The translations under genes and the position numbers were made by a program. A DNA stretch of 64,000 nt, from the sequence record MN850605.1; one strand, written 5' to 3'. How positions within the stretch are numbered: position 1 is the first letter of the stretch; each line of letters begins with the position of its first letter. The notes under the pieces were generated by a model. The model saw nothing but the letters and a program-made list of their open reading frames with translations. It had not been told where the DNA came from and made no database searches. Below are positions 1 to 8,905 of this stretch, piece after piece. Origin of the DNA: Escherichia phage fjerdesal.

Positions 1-79
1 TGTAGGTAAAGAGCTTGACATTGTAGATGCAAAGACACAGAGGTATATAGCTACTGTTAAGTTTCTTGGAATTAGTGAT

Positions 80-418
80 ATGAGTGATGGTTATCCTCTC
101 AACTGCATAGTACTAGACAAATTTAAGGTTTGTGGTATTAATTTTAATGAGGATAACTTTATAAGCTTTGATAAGGACGGTTTCTGGCGTGGTAAGAGCC
201 ACCCTCAGGCAAATGAGTTTGATATGCGTCTAGTAATACCACAAAAAGGTAACCCACAAAACGTAAAAGATATCCTTGTAGAAGCCTATGAAGAAGGTAT
301 AATTGATATTGTGCATGATGTTGAAAAAGCTTTAAAGCTTGTTATGCCACATTTAGAATCTGGAAAGCTGACTTTAGAGATGCTTAATAGGGTTATTCGG
401 AGAGCTTATGAAGGTTAA
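80..418 (+). CDS. hypothetical protein (frame stays open back to nt 2, so may be the 3' part of a larger gene truncated by the window)
   Basis: ORF in track; same frame has no stop between nt 2 and 80; no recognisable motif. Confidence 0.4.
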   Translation: MSDGYPLNCIVLDKFKVCGINFNEDNFISFDKDGFWRGKSHPQANEFDMRLVIPQKGNPQNVKDILVEAYEEGIIDIVHDVEKALKLVMPHLESGKLTLEMLNRVIRRAYEG

Positions 419-872
419 AGAGATAGTACAAAGAGCAATGCTTGACAACTCGACTAAAGATGAGATGTACACAGAAATCTGTGATAAGTTGAACTGTTCA
501 AGACATGCTGCTAAGATTCTTGTACATTGTTTTATTTGGGAATGTTCAGAAGCTTATATGAAACACGTAGCTTTTGAGAGTTCTCATTTACTCGGTGATG
601 CAAAAATAGGTGTAGCACTAAAAGAGCCTGAGATGAAAACAGTACCTAAAGTTGGTAATGTGTATAAACTAAAAAATTTTATTACAGGCGAGATTGTTGC
701 AGAAGGTGAAGTGCAACAGGTTTATCATGATGGTAAATATCTGTTTAAGATATTCGAGTATGATAGTCGTTACAGACACTTATGTGGGATTACATTTTTA
801 GTTTCAGAAGATGACCTCATCAAGAACAATAGTAATAAATTCGCAGTACCAGAATATCAAGTTTTACGATAA
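408..872 (+). CDS. hypothetical protein
   Basis: ORF in track; GGAGAG upstream of ATG; overlaps previous stop by 11 nt. Confidence 0.4.
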   Translation: MKVKEIVQRAMLDNSTKDEMYTEICDKLNCSRHAAKILVHCFIWECSEAYMKHVAFESSHLLGDAKIGVALKEPEMKTVPKVGNVYKLKNFITGEIVAEGEVQQVYHDGKYLFKIFEYDSRYRHLCGITFLVSEDDLIKNNSNKFAVPEYQVLR

Positions 873-885
873 TGGTGTGATAGAT

Positions 886-1434
886 ATGGAAAAAGATAAC
901 TTAAAAGATGTTGAAGGTAACTATCTAGTACTTGACTGGAGTGATGTTCGAGAAGCACTCTCCGAAGAAAATCTTGACTGGTTCGAACAAATTATCTTTG
1001 CAGTACGGCATAACAGAGAAGTTGAAAATGGTAAAGAGCCACTTGAAGGAATCTTTGTAGAAAGGTCTTATCCGTTCTATGAAGACACTTTGCAGAAAGT
1101 TAAAATGTACTTTAGACAGAAGAACCGTAAAGTGGTCACTATGGTATCTCTTGGTGGACAGAGTATGTCTGTGATGGAAGATATCAACCCTAAGAGACCG
1201 AGTAAAGGCGTTTGTATAAAAATCACAGGACATGAAGAGTATATCTCAGTTGATGACTTTAGTGCATTCTGTAATGGCTCTTGTGTCTTTAATGGTTTTC
1301 ACTATGATATCCGAGTTTACCCAATCAAGGGTGATGATATCATGATGCAGGTATTCGATAATAACAATGGATTTACTCATTTTTATCAGACAACCAAGTC
1401 ATCATTGAAAACAGTTCTGGAAACACTGATTTAA
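886..1434 (+). CDS. hypothetical protein
   Basis: ORF 811-1434 trimmed to internal ATG at 886 (MEKDNLK...) that follows the stop of the previous ORF. Confidence 0.4.
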   Translation: MEKDNLKDVEGNYLVLDWSDVREALSEENLDWFEQIIFAVRHNREVENGKEPLEGIFVERSYPFYEDTLQKVKMYFRQKNRKVVTMVSLGGQSMSVMEDINPKRPSKGVCIKITGHEEYISVDDFSAFCNGSCVFNGFHYDIRVYPIKGDDIMMQVFDNNNGFTHFYQTTKSSLKTVLETLI

Positions 1435-3092
1435 AATATCTTAAGAGCCTCCTTAATTGGGGGCTTTTTAATTTTTATAAAATTTTATCGGTTGTCCCAA
1501 CCTCTGGGTCACCATCATATGTGAATAAAATATCTATCCTTCTTAACAACCTTCTTAATCTTACTCTCTATATAGTTATATAGTACTATATAGTATCTTA
1601 GTAACTATCTAGTGGTCTTAATAGCCCTCTGTATAGCCCTTCTAAATAGCCATCTAAACACTCTTCTAACAAGCCTTCTAAACAACCTATACAATCATCT
1701 TAACCATCTCTCTATATCCTCTTAGAAGCTCCTATACACCTCTTAATCTCTAGGTTAGCTATGTTACTCTCTATAGGTGTTCACTAGGTACTACTAAGCC
1801 TCTATATAGACTGTTTTAACAAACTTAACAGGAATATCTTCACAGACCTTATCTCACAAGGTCTAACACGGTACTAACAAGGTATCTTATAAGCCTGTTA
1901 TTACCTGTATTTTTAAAAGGCTGTATAGGTAATTATTCAGAATCTTAAAATTTTTATAAAATAGGGCTATCAAGTCATTTTTTAGGGTCTTTGAAGGAAC
2001 TGAAAAATATCTGATTAGGATGTATATCTGCTTGGTAGCCCTTAACAGCCCCTTAACACCCCCTTTGCAAAATTTTAAAATATCCTTAACAATCTCTTAA
2101 CAGTTCTCACATCTTCTTAACAACCCTTCAAAGGTCTTAACAGATTCTTAACAGAACTAACAAGGCTGTAACAGTTTTCTAACAAGTGCTGAATAGGCTT
2201 TACAGAATCTTAACAGATGACTAACAAGAGCTAACAAGTTAATTTTAAAGAGTTATTTTGTTAAGATAATTAACAAGTTCCTAACAAGTGTTTAATCTTT
2301 TTAACAAGCTATTAACATGGTCACTATCTCTTGGTCTATAGTTCCCTTTCCCTCTTAGTGATTCTTTAAACATACCTCTTAAAAGCTCTCTATAGCTCTT
2401 TATAAGCTCTTTTAAGTCTCTTCCTAGTAGTTACACCCCAACTATACAGAAAGCTTTTTATAGGGCTTTACAGGAGCTTTTAAGGCTATGTCAAAGGCTC
2501 TTACAAGGCTTTTACATGGTCTTAACAGAGATTTAACAAGGGGCTAACAAGTCTCTAACAAGTGCCTTAAAAGCATAACTATGTAGGGATTGTTAAGAAA
2601 TTGTTAAGAAAATGTTAAGGGGGCTAGCATTTACGTAACTTTTAAGCTACTTTATATCCCCTATAACATACTTTTAAGACACTAACAAGCCCTTTTTAGA
2701 TATTCACAAGATAGCTAACGAGATGATAAAGCTTACACCCTTATAAGATTCTTTTAAGGCTGTAGGAAGCTTTATAAAGAGCTTTTAAGGGTGAGTTAAT
2801 GCAATCCCTTAAGTTAGGTTGATAAGGCTGTTATAGAGCTTTATAGAGCGTTTAAACGGTTGCCCTTCCCTTTCGGGTTATGGGCTTTTATTTAAGTTGA
2901 TTTGATAAGAGATTATAGAGTAGACTATAGAGTTATTGCTTTTAAGGTCTGGTAAGATTCTATCGAATCAGTAGGGTAGATTCTGGAAAGGAAAGGAAAG
3001 GGATTGTATAGAGGTTATTACATAGACGTAAAAAAGCCCCTATGAGAAGGAGCTTTGCAGGTATCTGGGGCTATTTAGCCCCGTTGCGTCGA
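1435..3092. repeat. 1.65 kb ORF-free region densely packed with short YTAACAR motifs (CTTAACAA, CTAACAAG, TGTTAAG) in both orientations; G-poor top strand
   Basis: no ORF of 60 aa or more on either strand; motif recurrence read directly; lies between convergent gene ends. Confidence 0.6.
1447..1469 (+). terminator. hairpin (GCCTCC-TTAATT-GGGGGC) followed by T5
   Basis: seen in sequence directly after the stop at 1434. Confidence 0.45.
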
Positions 3093-3341
3093 TTAGTTGT
3101 AACCTTGTTTATTGTAGTACAGTGAGATAATCAAGTCACCCCAGTAATGATAGTGATGCTCGTCGTTTAATGCCTCTTTTACAGCGTCTTTCCAGAAGTC
3201 ATCAGTAGGGTTATAATCTGGGATAACTTGCTTGATAACTGTCTTCACTAATGAAAAGCATTCATCAGTTCCACCGATATCAAATTTAACGTCCAGAGTA
3301 TAACAGCCATAAGCATTGACAGTTGCGCGGATAGTTGCCAT
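3093..3341 (-). CDS. hypothetical early protein
   Basis: ORF; start immediately follows a conserved intercistronic module with SD AGGAGA. Confidence 0.5.
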   Translation of the reverse strand: MATIRATVNAYGCYTLDVKFDIGGTDECFSLVKTVIKQVIPDYNPTDDFWKDAVKEALNDEHHYHYWGDLIISLYYNKQGYN

Positions 3342-3418
3342 TTTTTGAATCTCCTAGTTTAAGGACTTTACTTAGTGGGGAAGGTCATTCCCTCCCCGTT
3401 GATTAGTAATTTACTGCA
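3342..3418 (-). promoter_or_regulatory. conserved intercistronic module, variant A (stop codon - GGGGAAGG/CCTTCCCC hairpin - CCACTAAAT - AGGAGA - ATG)
   Basis: near-identical copies at 4269, 4831, 6054, 6925, 8451. Confidence 0.55.
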
Positions 3419-3674
3419 TGTTGGCGTATGTTGCAAGCCTTTTTTCGTTGTATTTTGTCAGAATCTCACAAGATAAAACATCATATTTTGTAACCGCTTT
3501 GCCTTTGTCGAGGTCAAAGAATCCGAACGCTTTACCATCTTTGAATCCGACAACTTCGTAAGATTCTTTGATGATTTCACCATTGAACAAATCACTTTCG
3601 ATACGGTGAAATAATGCTACATCTTCTTTGTCGGTTGCAATTTGTAAAAGTGTGGTTAATTCTACGTTTTCCAT
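3411..3674 (-). CDS. hypothetical early protein
   Basis: ORF; stop codon lies inside the conserved module. Confidence 0.5.
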   Translation of the reverse strand: MENVELTTLLQIATDKEDVALFHRIESDLFNGEIIKESYEVVGFKDGKAFGFFDLDKGKAVTKYDVLSCEILTKYNEKRLATYANMQ

Positions 3675-3745
3675 CTTGATGCCCCTAGTTTAAGGATTTT
3701 ATTGAGTGGGGGAGGTCATCCCCCGTTAATGAGTAATTTACAGAT
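3675..3745 (-). promoter_or_regulatory. conserved intercistronic module, degenerate variant A
   Basis: ctagtttaaggatttt...ggggaggtcatcccccgttaatgagtaatttac. Confidence 0.45.
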
Positions 3746-4268
3746 TTTTGATTGTCTCGTCAATGTCTTTTTCAATAGCTTTTAAAGTTTTTTCTAAGTT
3801 CTTGATATTGAAAGATAAACCCTCTCCCAATGTTTTGCTGTAACCACTAGGGCGCAAGTCATGCAGTTCGATTTCTTCCACTTCGAAGAGACTAACCAAC
3901 TCACCGCTTACACTGTAAGCCATTGAAACAGTATTTACAGGGGCTTTATAGAACTTGTTTAAGGACTTGATAGAACGCTCATAAGCCATTTTATAACCGT
4001 TTAAAAGGTCTTTAACGTGGTTGCGAACGTTTTTACACTCATCTAAGTAAATCCCTAAGAATAGCGGTAATAACTCTGCTACAGCTTGCATAAAGTGAGA
4101 GACTACAACGGTTGCAACATTACGACGATGTACATAATAAGCCCCATTTTCTGATTTAGTGATGGTTGCAAAGTGTACCCCATTGCAGCGAAATTCGTAG
4201 GTATCTTTAACAGGCTTAGCCATTACAGCATTTGAACGAATGTAGTTGATAGCTTGAAATTTGTTCAT
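3738..4268 (-). CDS. hypothetical early protein
   Basis: ORF 3738-4313 trimmed to ATG at 4268 (MNKFQ...) which directly follows the conserved module and SD. Confidence 0.5.
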   Translation of the reverse strand: MNKFQAINYIRSNAVMAKPVKDTYEFRCNGVHFATITKSENGAYYVHRRNVATVVVSHFMQAVAELLPLFLGIYLDECKNVRNHVKDLLNGYKMAYERSIKSLNKFYKAPVNTVSMAYSVSGELVSLFEVEEIELHDLRPSGYSKTLGEGLSFNIKNLEKTLKAIEKDIDETIKNL

Positions 4269-4345
4269 TTTTGAATCTCCTAGTTTAAGGACTTTATTTA
4301 GTGGGGAGGTCATTACCTCCCGTTGATTAGTAATTTACTTGTTTT
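4269..4345 (-). promoter_or_regulatory. conserved intercistronic module, variant A
   Basis: catttttgaatctcctagtttaaggactttatttagtggggaggtcattacctcccgttgattagtaatttac. Confidence 0.55.
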
Positions 4346-4488
4346 GATATCTGATTGCAAGCAATTTTTTAAGTTTATCTATAAAGAATCTTTTAAGTTA
4401 ATCCCTTTTAGATAAACCCCCTCGAACAAATCTACCAATGTCAAGGGGCGTTGTCAATACTTTTTGAAAGTTTTTTGTAAGTTATTGA

Positions 4489-4830
4489 TTAACTGATGAA
4501 TATTTTTTCAGGTTTTACATAGCTGATACGCTGACTTTTTAGCAGGTCATCCCAGATTAACGCGGCGATATGGGCATAACCGGATTCACGTAAAAGCTTC
4601 ATTGTTTTACTTCTCGTTTCAAAACGGCTTGCGTAGTACTCACTATTTAAAACCGTTTTATTCCCTTCGTTATCTACATGGATAATCTGCATCACTTGAA
4701 AGGGGCTTGTGTCCTCGCCTTTGTTCCACTGTTCAAAGTATTTTAGGCACTGCATAGGTGACATCTTATCACTTACTTGAGTTGACCAAGATGAATTTTC
4801 TTTATCGGTAATTACGGTTACATAAGCCAT
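4489..4830 (-). CDS. hypothetical early protein
   Basis: ORF preceded by module variant A. Confidence 0.5.
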   Translation of the reverse strand: MAYVTVITDKENSSWSTQVSDKMSPMQCLKYFEQWNKGEDTSPFQVMQIIHVDNEGNKTVLNSEYYASRFETRSKTMKLLRESGYAHIAALIWDDLLKSQRISYVKPEKIFIS

Positions 4831-4910
4831 TTTTGAATCTCCTAGTTTAAGGATTGTACTTAGTGGGGAAGGTCATTCCCTCCCCGTTGATTGACAATTT
4901 ACAGATTTTT
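4831..4910 (-). promoter_or_regulatory. conserved intercistronic module, variant A
   Basis: sequence identity to the other variant A copies. Confidence 0.55.
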
Positions 4911-4921
4911 ATCAGGCTTGT

Positions 4922-5155
4922 CTAGTCTTTTTCAATGATAATTTCATACTGACCATCTACGCTGTCAAAATAGATACCGTCTTCATCTTCTGTCTTAAAG
5001 TAACATTGTATATCATCACTAGCGGGATAGTCTTGTCTTGCTATCTGACAGACCTGAACAGCATTTTCTTTACTTCCTGTAAACTCCTCAAGCCCTTTAA
5101 AATCACATGAATGACCATTACAAATAGAAAGGATAAGATAAACGGTTGTAAGCAT
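4922..5155 (-). CDS. hypothetical small protein with hydrophobic N-terminus (possible signal peptide)
   Basis: MLTTVYLILSICNG...; preceded by a hairpin rather than the standard module. Confidence 0.4.
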   Translation of the reverse strand: MLTTVYLILSICNGHSCDFKGLEEFTGSKENAVQVCQIARQDYPASDDIQCYFKTEDEDGIYFDSVDGQYEIIIEKD

Positions 5156-5172
5156 GATTTAAGCCTCTTAAA

Positions 5173-5189
5173 AGCCCCTGTGAGGGGCT
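5173..5189 (-). terminator. hairpin AGCCCC-TGTGA-GGGGCT followed by T-run on the minus strand
   Basis: seen in sequence after the stop of 5222-5764. Confidence 0.5.
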
Positions 5190-5221
5190 AATCAGTGTTT
5201 ATAAGGTGATTGCATAGGTTT

Positions 5222-5764
5222 TTAGAAAAAGCTCTTTAAATCTCTCTCTGTGATGTTTCCCGCTAGTGTATCCATGATGTCACAAAAAACCTGAATACTA
5301 TCCGACTGTTGAATACTTTTAGCAAGAAGCTCCAGAGACTCATCAAGATAATTTAAATTTGGGTTATCCAATGAAGGAAGACAAAAAGGCGAAAACATCG
5401 CATTAAACTCGGTTACGTAAACCTTTTTAATCCAATTTAAATCGAAGTATTCTGTAAAACTTGCTACGCCAGACATATTATCACAAGAATAATCATCATT
5501 CAGGTCATCCTCTGGGATATCAAGTTCTAAGATAACAATATTTTGGGTTTTCATCTGGAAAGCGGCCGTAATAGTGGCATTACCTAACGCTTGCTGGATG
5601 CCTTCGGCTGTTATCTCTTCCTCATCGTCGCCATAGATTTTATTTTCTGGATACACGTAAAAATTGCCGTCCATGTCCGAACAATTCCATGCACCTGATG
5701 GCTTGTCACCGTTATTAATCAGGTTGAGGAAATTTTCTTGAGTAGTACCGTGAAAGCATTTCAT
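5222..5764 (-). CDS. hypothetical acidic early protein
   Basis: ORF; D/E-rich. Confidence 0.5.
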   Translation of the reverse strand: MKCFHGTTQENFLNLINNGDKPSGAWNCSDMDGNFYVYPENKIYGDDEEEITAEGIQQALGNATITAAFQMKTQNIVILELDIPEDDLNDDYSCDNMSGVASFTEYFDLNWIKKVYVTEFNAMFSPFCLPSLDNPNLNYLDESLELLAKSIQQSDSIQVFCDIMDTLAGNITERDLKSFF

Positions 5765-5849
5765 TTTTGAATCTCCAGTTTAGGATTTAGTGGTAAAGCT
5801 CTTTATCTGGGGCTTACTTTATCGAACTATAAGCCCCTTGTAAAGTACT
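5765..5849 (-). promoter_or_regulatory. conserved intercistronic module, variant B (hairpin GGGGCTTA...TAAGCCCC - CTTTACCACTAAATCC - GGAGA - ATG)
   Basis: copies at 6581, 7635, 7999. Confidence 0.55.
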
Positions 5850-6053
5850 TTATTTGTTATTTTTTACTACTTTTAAAACCGCACGATAGCCTAAGCAATA
5901 GGAATCACCGAAGAGCGACCGACCCATGAAGGAGTCCTCTGTAATATCTTTCGCCGTGACGGTTTTTTCTACGCCGTGAAAGAGAACTACATCACCGACT
6001 TTAATATCTTTGATGTGTGTAGTTTCAATGGTTAAACCGTTAATAATAGCCAT
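5850..6053 (-). CDS. hypothetical early protein
   Basis: ORF preceded by module. Confidence 0.45.
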   Translation of the reverse strand: MAIINGLTIETTHIKDIKVGDVVLFHGVEKTVTAKDITEDSFMGRSLFGDSYCLGYRAVLKVVKNNK

Positions 6054-6128
6054 TTTTGAATCTCCAGTTTAGGACTTTATTTAGTGGGGAAGGTCATTCC
6101 CGCCCCGTTGATGTGTAATTTAATCTAT
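6054..6128 (-). promoter_or_regulatory. conserved intercistronic module, variant A
   Basis: sequence identity to other variant A copies. Confidence 0.55.
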
Positions 6129-6160
6129 CTGAAAACCAATGTCAACAATTTTTTTTTTTT

Positions 6161-6580
6161 TTAGAGTTCTGCATAAATTGCATCACAGATACCACGAAAA
6201 TCATGATTTGTCAAATTACGTTGTAACCAAGTGGCGAAAAAGTCAGCGATTGCAAAGTTAGCGTCATACTCGACAGATAGCCACACTTTAACAGCAAACC
6301 GAAACATTTTCAAATCAAGCTCTTTATTCATTACCTTAGATTTGCCTAACATGTCGGACATTTCATATTGTGCACCGTCTAGCGTGATACCTGCTGCAAC
6401 GTCAGCCAATGAGTTTTTTACGTTTTCAACGTCTAAGATAACGCTTTGAATCTTCCCAATAATGTTGTGCAATGTTTCGTCCGGTGCTGATGACGTAATA
6501 ACATTAATCCGGTTAACGGTCAAACGTGCTTTTAAGATTGATAACTCGCGATTATTAATAGCCATTTTTAAGTTCTCCAA
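6161..6580 (-). CDS. hypothetical early protein (N-terminus MENLKMAI shared with 7726-7998)
   Basis: ORF; first 8 codons are part of the repeated module. Confidence 0.5.
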   Translation of the reverse strand: MENLKMAINNRELSILKARLTVNRINVITSSAPDETLHNIIGKIQSVILDVENVKNSLADVAAGITLDGAQYEMSDMLGKSKVMNKELDLKMFRFAVKVWLSVEYDANFAIADFFATWLQRNLTNHDFRGICDAIYAEL

Positions 6581-6651
6581 TTTAGGATTTAGTGGTAAAG
6601 CTCTTTATCTGGGGCTTACTTTATCGAACTATAAGCCCCTTGTAAAGTACT
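6581..6651 (-). promoter_or_regulatory. conserved intercistronic module, variant B
   Basis: near-identical to 7999-8069. Confidence 0.55.
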
Positions 6652-6924
6652 TTATACTAAATGCAGCTTTTTACCTTTTACTATGATGTAACTCGATGCG
6701 CTATTGCTTTGCACATCCTGATAAATTCTGCGCAAACGGCCTTCGTAGTATACTTTCCAACTGGTTGGAATCTTTTTCCCGTATCCTGTAGCAGTTTTTT
6801 GTAGTCCTGCAAGTTGCCAATCTAAGATATGTTGTTCGGCTTGTAAATCCTCGAAGTGCATTACACCGTTCACATAGTGACGAAGGGTTACGTTTAAGGT
6901 GCGACCGTTGTTAGTAGTATACAT
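6652..6924 (-). CDS. hypothetical early protein
   Basis: ORF preceded by module variant A. Confidence 0.45.
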   Translation of the reverse strand: MYTTNNGRTLNVTLRHYVNGVMHFEDLQAEQHILDWQLAGLQKTATGYGKKIPTSWKVYYEGRLRRIYQDVQSNSASSYIIVKGKKLHLV

Positions 6925-7000
6925 TTTGAATCTCCTAGTTTAAGGACTTTGTTTAGTGGGGAGGTCATTACCTCCCGTTGATTAGTAATTTACTTGTTTT
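6925..7000 (-). promoter_or_regulatory. conserved intercistronic module, variant A
   Basis: sequence identity to other variant A copies. Confidence 0.55.
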
Positions 7001-7011
7001 AAAAACCAAAA

Positions 7012-7344
7012 TCAAGAGAAATTTTTTCGTTTGCTCAATTCTTGAACAATTACAGCGTAGTAGTCTTTTAAGTCACTGACATTTAAAGCATTTATCAGAG
7101 AATTATAATCATCGACTAACTGAAAATCATCTTTGAAAATGTCGCTGATTTGATAAGTTTTTGATTGAAATCTGAAGCTCATTTCTAACCGTTTTATTTG
7201 TTCATCACTTAAACGCTCCAGAAAGCTCATTACAAGGCTATTATTGACCTGTTGCGTGATTGCCTTATTTGCTAGATTATAGGCTTTATATGCCTTATAT
7301 AGCGCGAAAATGGCAATGATTGCAGTGATACCAGTCATTAACAT
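7012..7344 (-). CDS. hypothetical membrane protein (N-terminal transmembrane helix)
   Basis: MLMTGITAIIAIFALYKAY... Confidence 0.45.
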   Translation of the reverse strand: MLMTGITAIIAIFALYKAYKAYNLANKAITQQVNNSLVMSFLERLSDEQIKRLEMSFRFQSKTYQISDIFKDDFQLVDDYNSLINALNVSDLKDYYAVIVQELSKRKNFS

Positions 7345-7634
7345 GGTGTTTCCTCTTTACGTGATACTTTGCCATTTACAGTTATCTCATAAGAATCTAG
7401 TAAGTCACTTTTAGATTTTACTGGACTTTTAAAAGTATCATCATAAATATTTACTTGCAATACAGGTTTTTTATACTCCCTGCAACTATTCCATAAACAA
7501 ATCACTACACGACGGCCTTTTATTTTACCGTGCAACCATTCCATAACATCATGATTATTTCTTGATGTCTCGATAAAATCAATTTTGTTGAGTAACTTGC
7601 TTAGATTTTCACGAACTTTATTGGATAATTTCAT
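7338..7634 (-). CDS. hypothetical early protein
   Basis: ORF preceded by module. Confidence 0.45.
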   Translation of the reverse strand: MKLSNKVRENLSKLLNKIDFIETSRNNHDVMEWLHGKIKGRRVVICLWNSCREYKKPVLQVNIYDDTFKSPVKSKSDLLDSYEITVNGKVSRKEETPC

Positions 7635-7725
7635 TTTTGAGTCTCCTAGTTTAAGGGTTAATTTGATAAAGCTCTTTATCTGGGGCTTAAGATATCAACT
7701 TTTAAGCCCCTTGTAAAGTACTTTA
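7635..7725 (-). promoter_or_regulatory. conserved intercistronic module, variant B-like
   Basis: hairpin GGGGCTTAAGATATCAACTTTTAAGCCCC plus conserved leader. Confidence 0.5.
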
Positions 7726-7998
7726 TCAGATTAAATTGCCAGTTAATGATAAGTGCATTTTGTAACCTTGTTTAGTGAATACGTTCACTTTACCGAGTGT
7801 TTTTACACCTTTAAAAAGGTTATTTGAACTGCGTTTTAAGGTTAAATGTTTATCAGCCTTCACGCCCCACCTTACATTAGATTGTTTTCCGTTGTCAACC
7901 ACTTTCCCGCATAACTTTTTAGCCATAACGCGAGCGTCATCACGAGTTTTTGCAGCAATTACAACGTTTTTGATAATAGCCATTTTTAAGTTCTCCAA
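7726..7998 (-). CDS. hypothetical basic early protein (N-terminus MENLKMAI shared with 6161-6580)
   Basis: ORF preceded by module variant B. Confidence 0.45.
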   Translation of the reverse strand: MENLKMAIIKNVVIAAKTRDDARVMAKKLCGKVVDNGKQSNVRWGVKADKHLTLKRSSNNLFKGVKTLGKVNVFTKQGYKMHLSLTGNLI

Positions 7999-8069
7999 TT
8001 TAGGATTTAGTGGTAAAGCTCTTTATCTGGGGCTTACTTTATCGAACTATAAGCCCCTTGTAAAGTACT
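7999..8069 (-). promoter_or_regulatory. conserved intercistronic module, variant B
   Basis: near-identical to 6581-6651. Confidence 0.55.
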
Positions 8070-8450
8070 TTATTTAATTTTGAAGATAGTTACGTAACCA
8101 TCACTACCGATTATTTGAGACACTCCAGCTTTTTCTACTTGATAGCCCATATTTTCAAGATGATAAACAGCATCATCATAACCATATGCGCCACCCTGAT
8201 AACGTCTCTTATCGCATTTTATCAGGTTTTTACCACGTCCCGCAAGTGCATGCAAAATGGCTTTTTCACTTGAAAGAGTACCATCTAGCATTGTCGCCGT
8301 GTAATGGTTGATTTTATTCCCGTTAATATCATACTTGAAATTGAACGAGTGAACAACAATAACGTTACCTTTAAAATTCTCATCAAGTGACTTCTCCAGT
8401 ACGCTACGAAAGTTGTCTTTGTTGATGAATTTAGGTGCACGATATTTCAT
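8070..8450 (-). CDS. hypothetical early protein (first gene of the leftward early cluster)
   Basis: ORF preceded by module variant A carrying a poly-C tract. Confidence 0.5.
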   Translation of the reverse strand: MKYRAPKFINKDNFRSVLEKSLDENFKGNVIVVHSFNFKYDINGNKINHYTATMLDGTLSSEKAILHALAGRGKNLIKCDKRRYQGGAYGYDDAVYHLENMGYQVEKAGVSQIIGSDGYVTIFKIK

Positions 8451-8520
8451 TTTTGAATCTCCTAGTTTAAGGACTTTAATTTTTGGGGTCCGGCATTTCC
8501 CCCCCCCCCCCGTTGATGCA
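8451..8520 (-). promoter_or_regulatory. conserved module variant A in which the hairpin is replaced by a 13-nt homopolymeric C tract (8499-8511)
   Basis: seen in sequence. Confidence 0.5.
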
Positions 8521-8727
8521 AATACTAGATAACCCCGTTCAAAGAGTCAAGAAAATTTTAAAAATATTTTTGGGAAAACTGTAATGAAACGTGCGCACAC
8601 GACTACCACAAAACAGAACACAAATCAAGAATTATTTTTCAATCCGCTACAAATTTTTCTCTTGACTTTTGGGGAGAGGGGGAGTAAGAGGGGGAGAGGG
8701 GTTGGTCTGGCTCTCTATAAAAACCTA

Positions 8728-8905
8728 CCTGCACAATTCTAAAATGATTTTTCTTGCCCGACCTGAGCGGGGTCTGCACGTTTTGAAAATGAAAAAGCTC
8801 TTTGGAGATTACCTGCACAGTTTGAAAATGAATTTTTCTCTTTGGAGTTCAAAATACTCTCTACAGATTTCTCTATAGAGATATACCTGCACAATTCTGA
8901 AATGA
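8728..8905. repeat. four direct repeats of about 20 bp (CCTGCACARTTYTRAAATGA) at 8728, 8774, 8812 and 8886, plus a perfect 12-bp palindrome TCTCTATAGAGA (8870-8881)
   Basis: seen in sequence; the region has only a low-complexity 69-aa ORF. Confidence 0.55.

Noticed and set aside
925-1233. Minus-strand ORF (102 aa) inside 886-1434
   Set aside because: Fully contained antisense to a longer ORF; shadow ORF.
1435-3092. Possible tRNA cluster in the large non-coding region
   Set aside because: No GTTCGAATC-type T-loop or GC-rich acceptor stems were seen; the sequence is dominated by short AT-rich motifs.
6231-6686. Plus-strand ORFs (72 and 74 aa) opposite the early genes
   Set aside because: Antisense shadows; the C-terminus of 6462-6686 is identical to that of 7775-8077 only because both run through the repeated module.
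7775-8077. Plus-strand ORF (100 aa) opposite 7726-7998
   Set aside because: Antisense shadow spanning a coding gene and the repeated module.
3342-8520. Regularly recurring repeats separated by unique sequence, superficially like a CRISPR array
   Set aside because: The spacers are 200-570 bp protein-coding ORFs of variable length, each with its own SD and ATG, and the repeats are 70-90 bp with hairpin plus leader; this is an intercistronic module, not CRISPR.
8669-8878. 69-aa plus-strand ORF in the track
   Set aside because: It starts in a polypurine tract and is composed of the direct repeats; low-complexity translation with no convincing SD.
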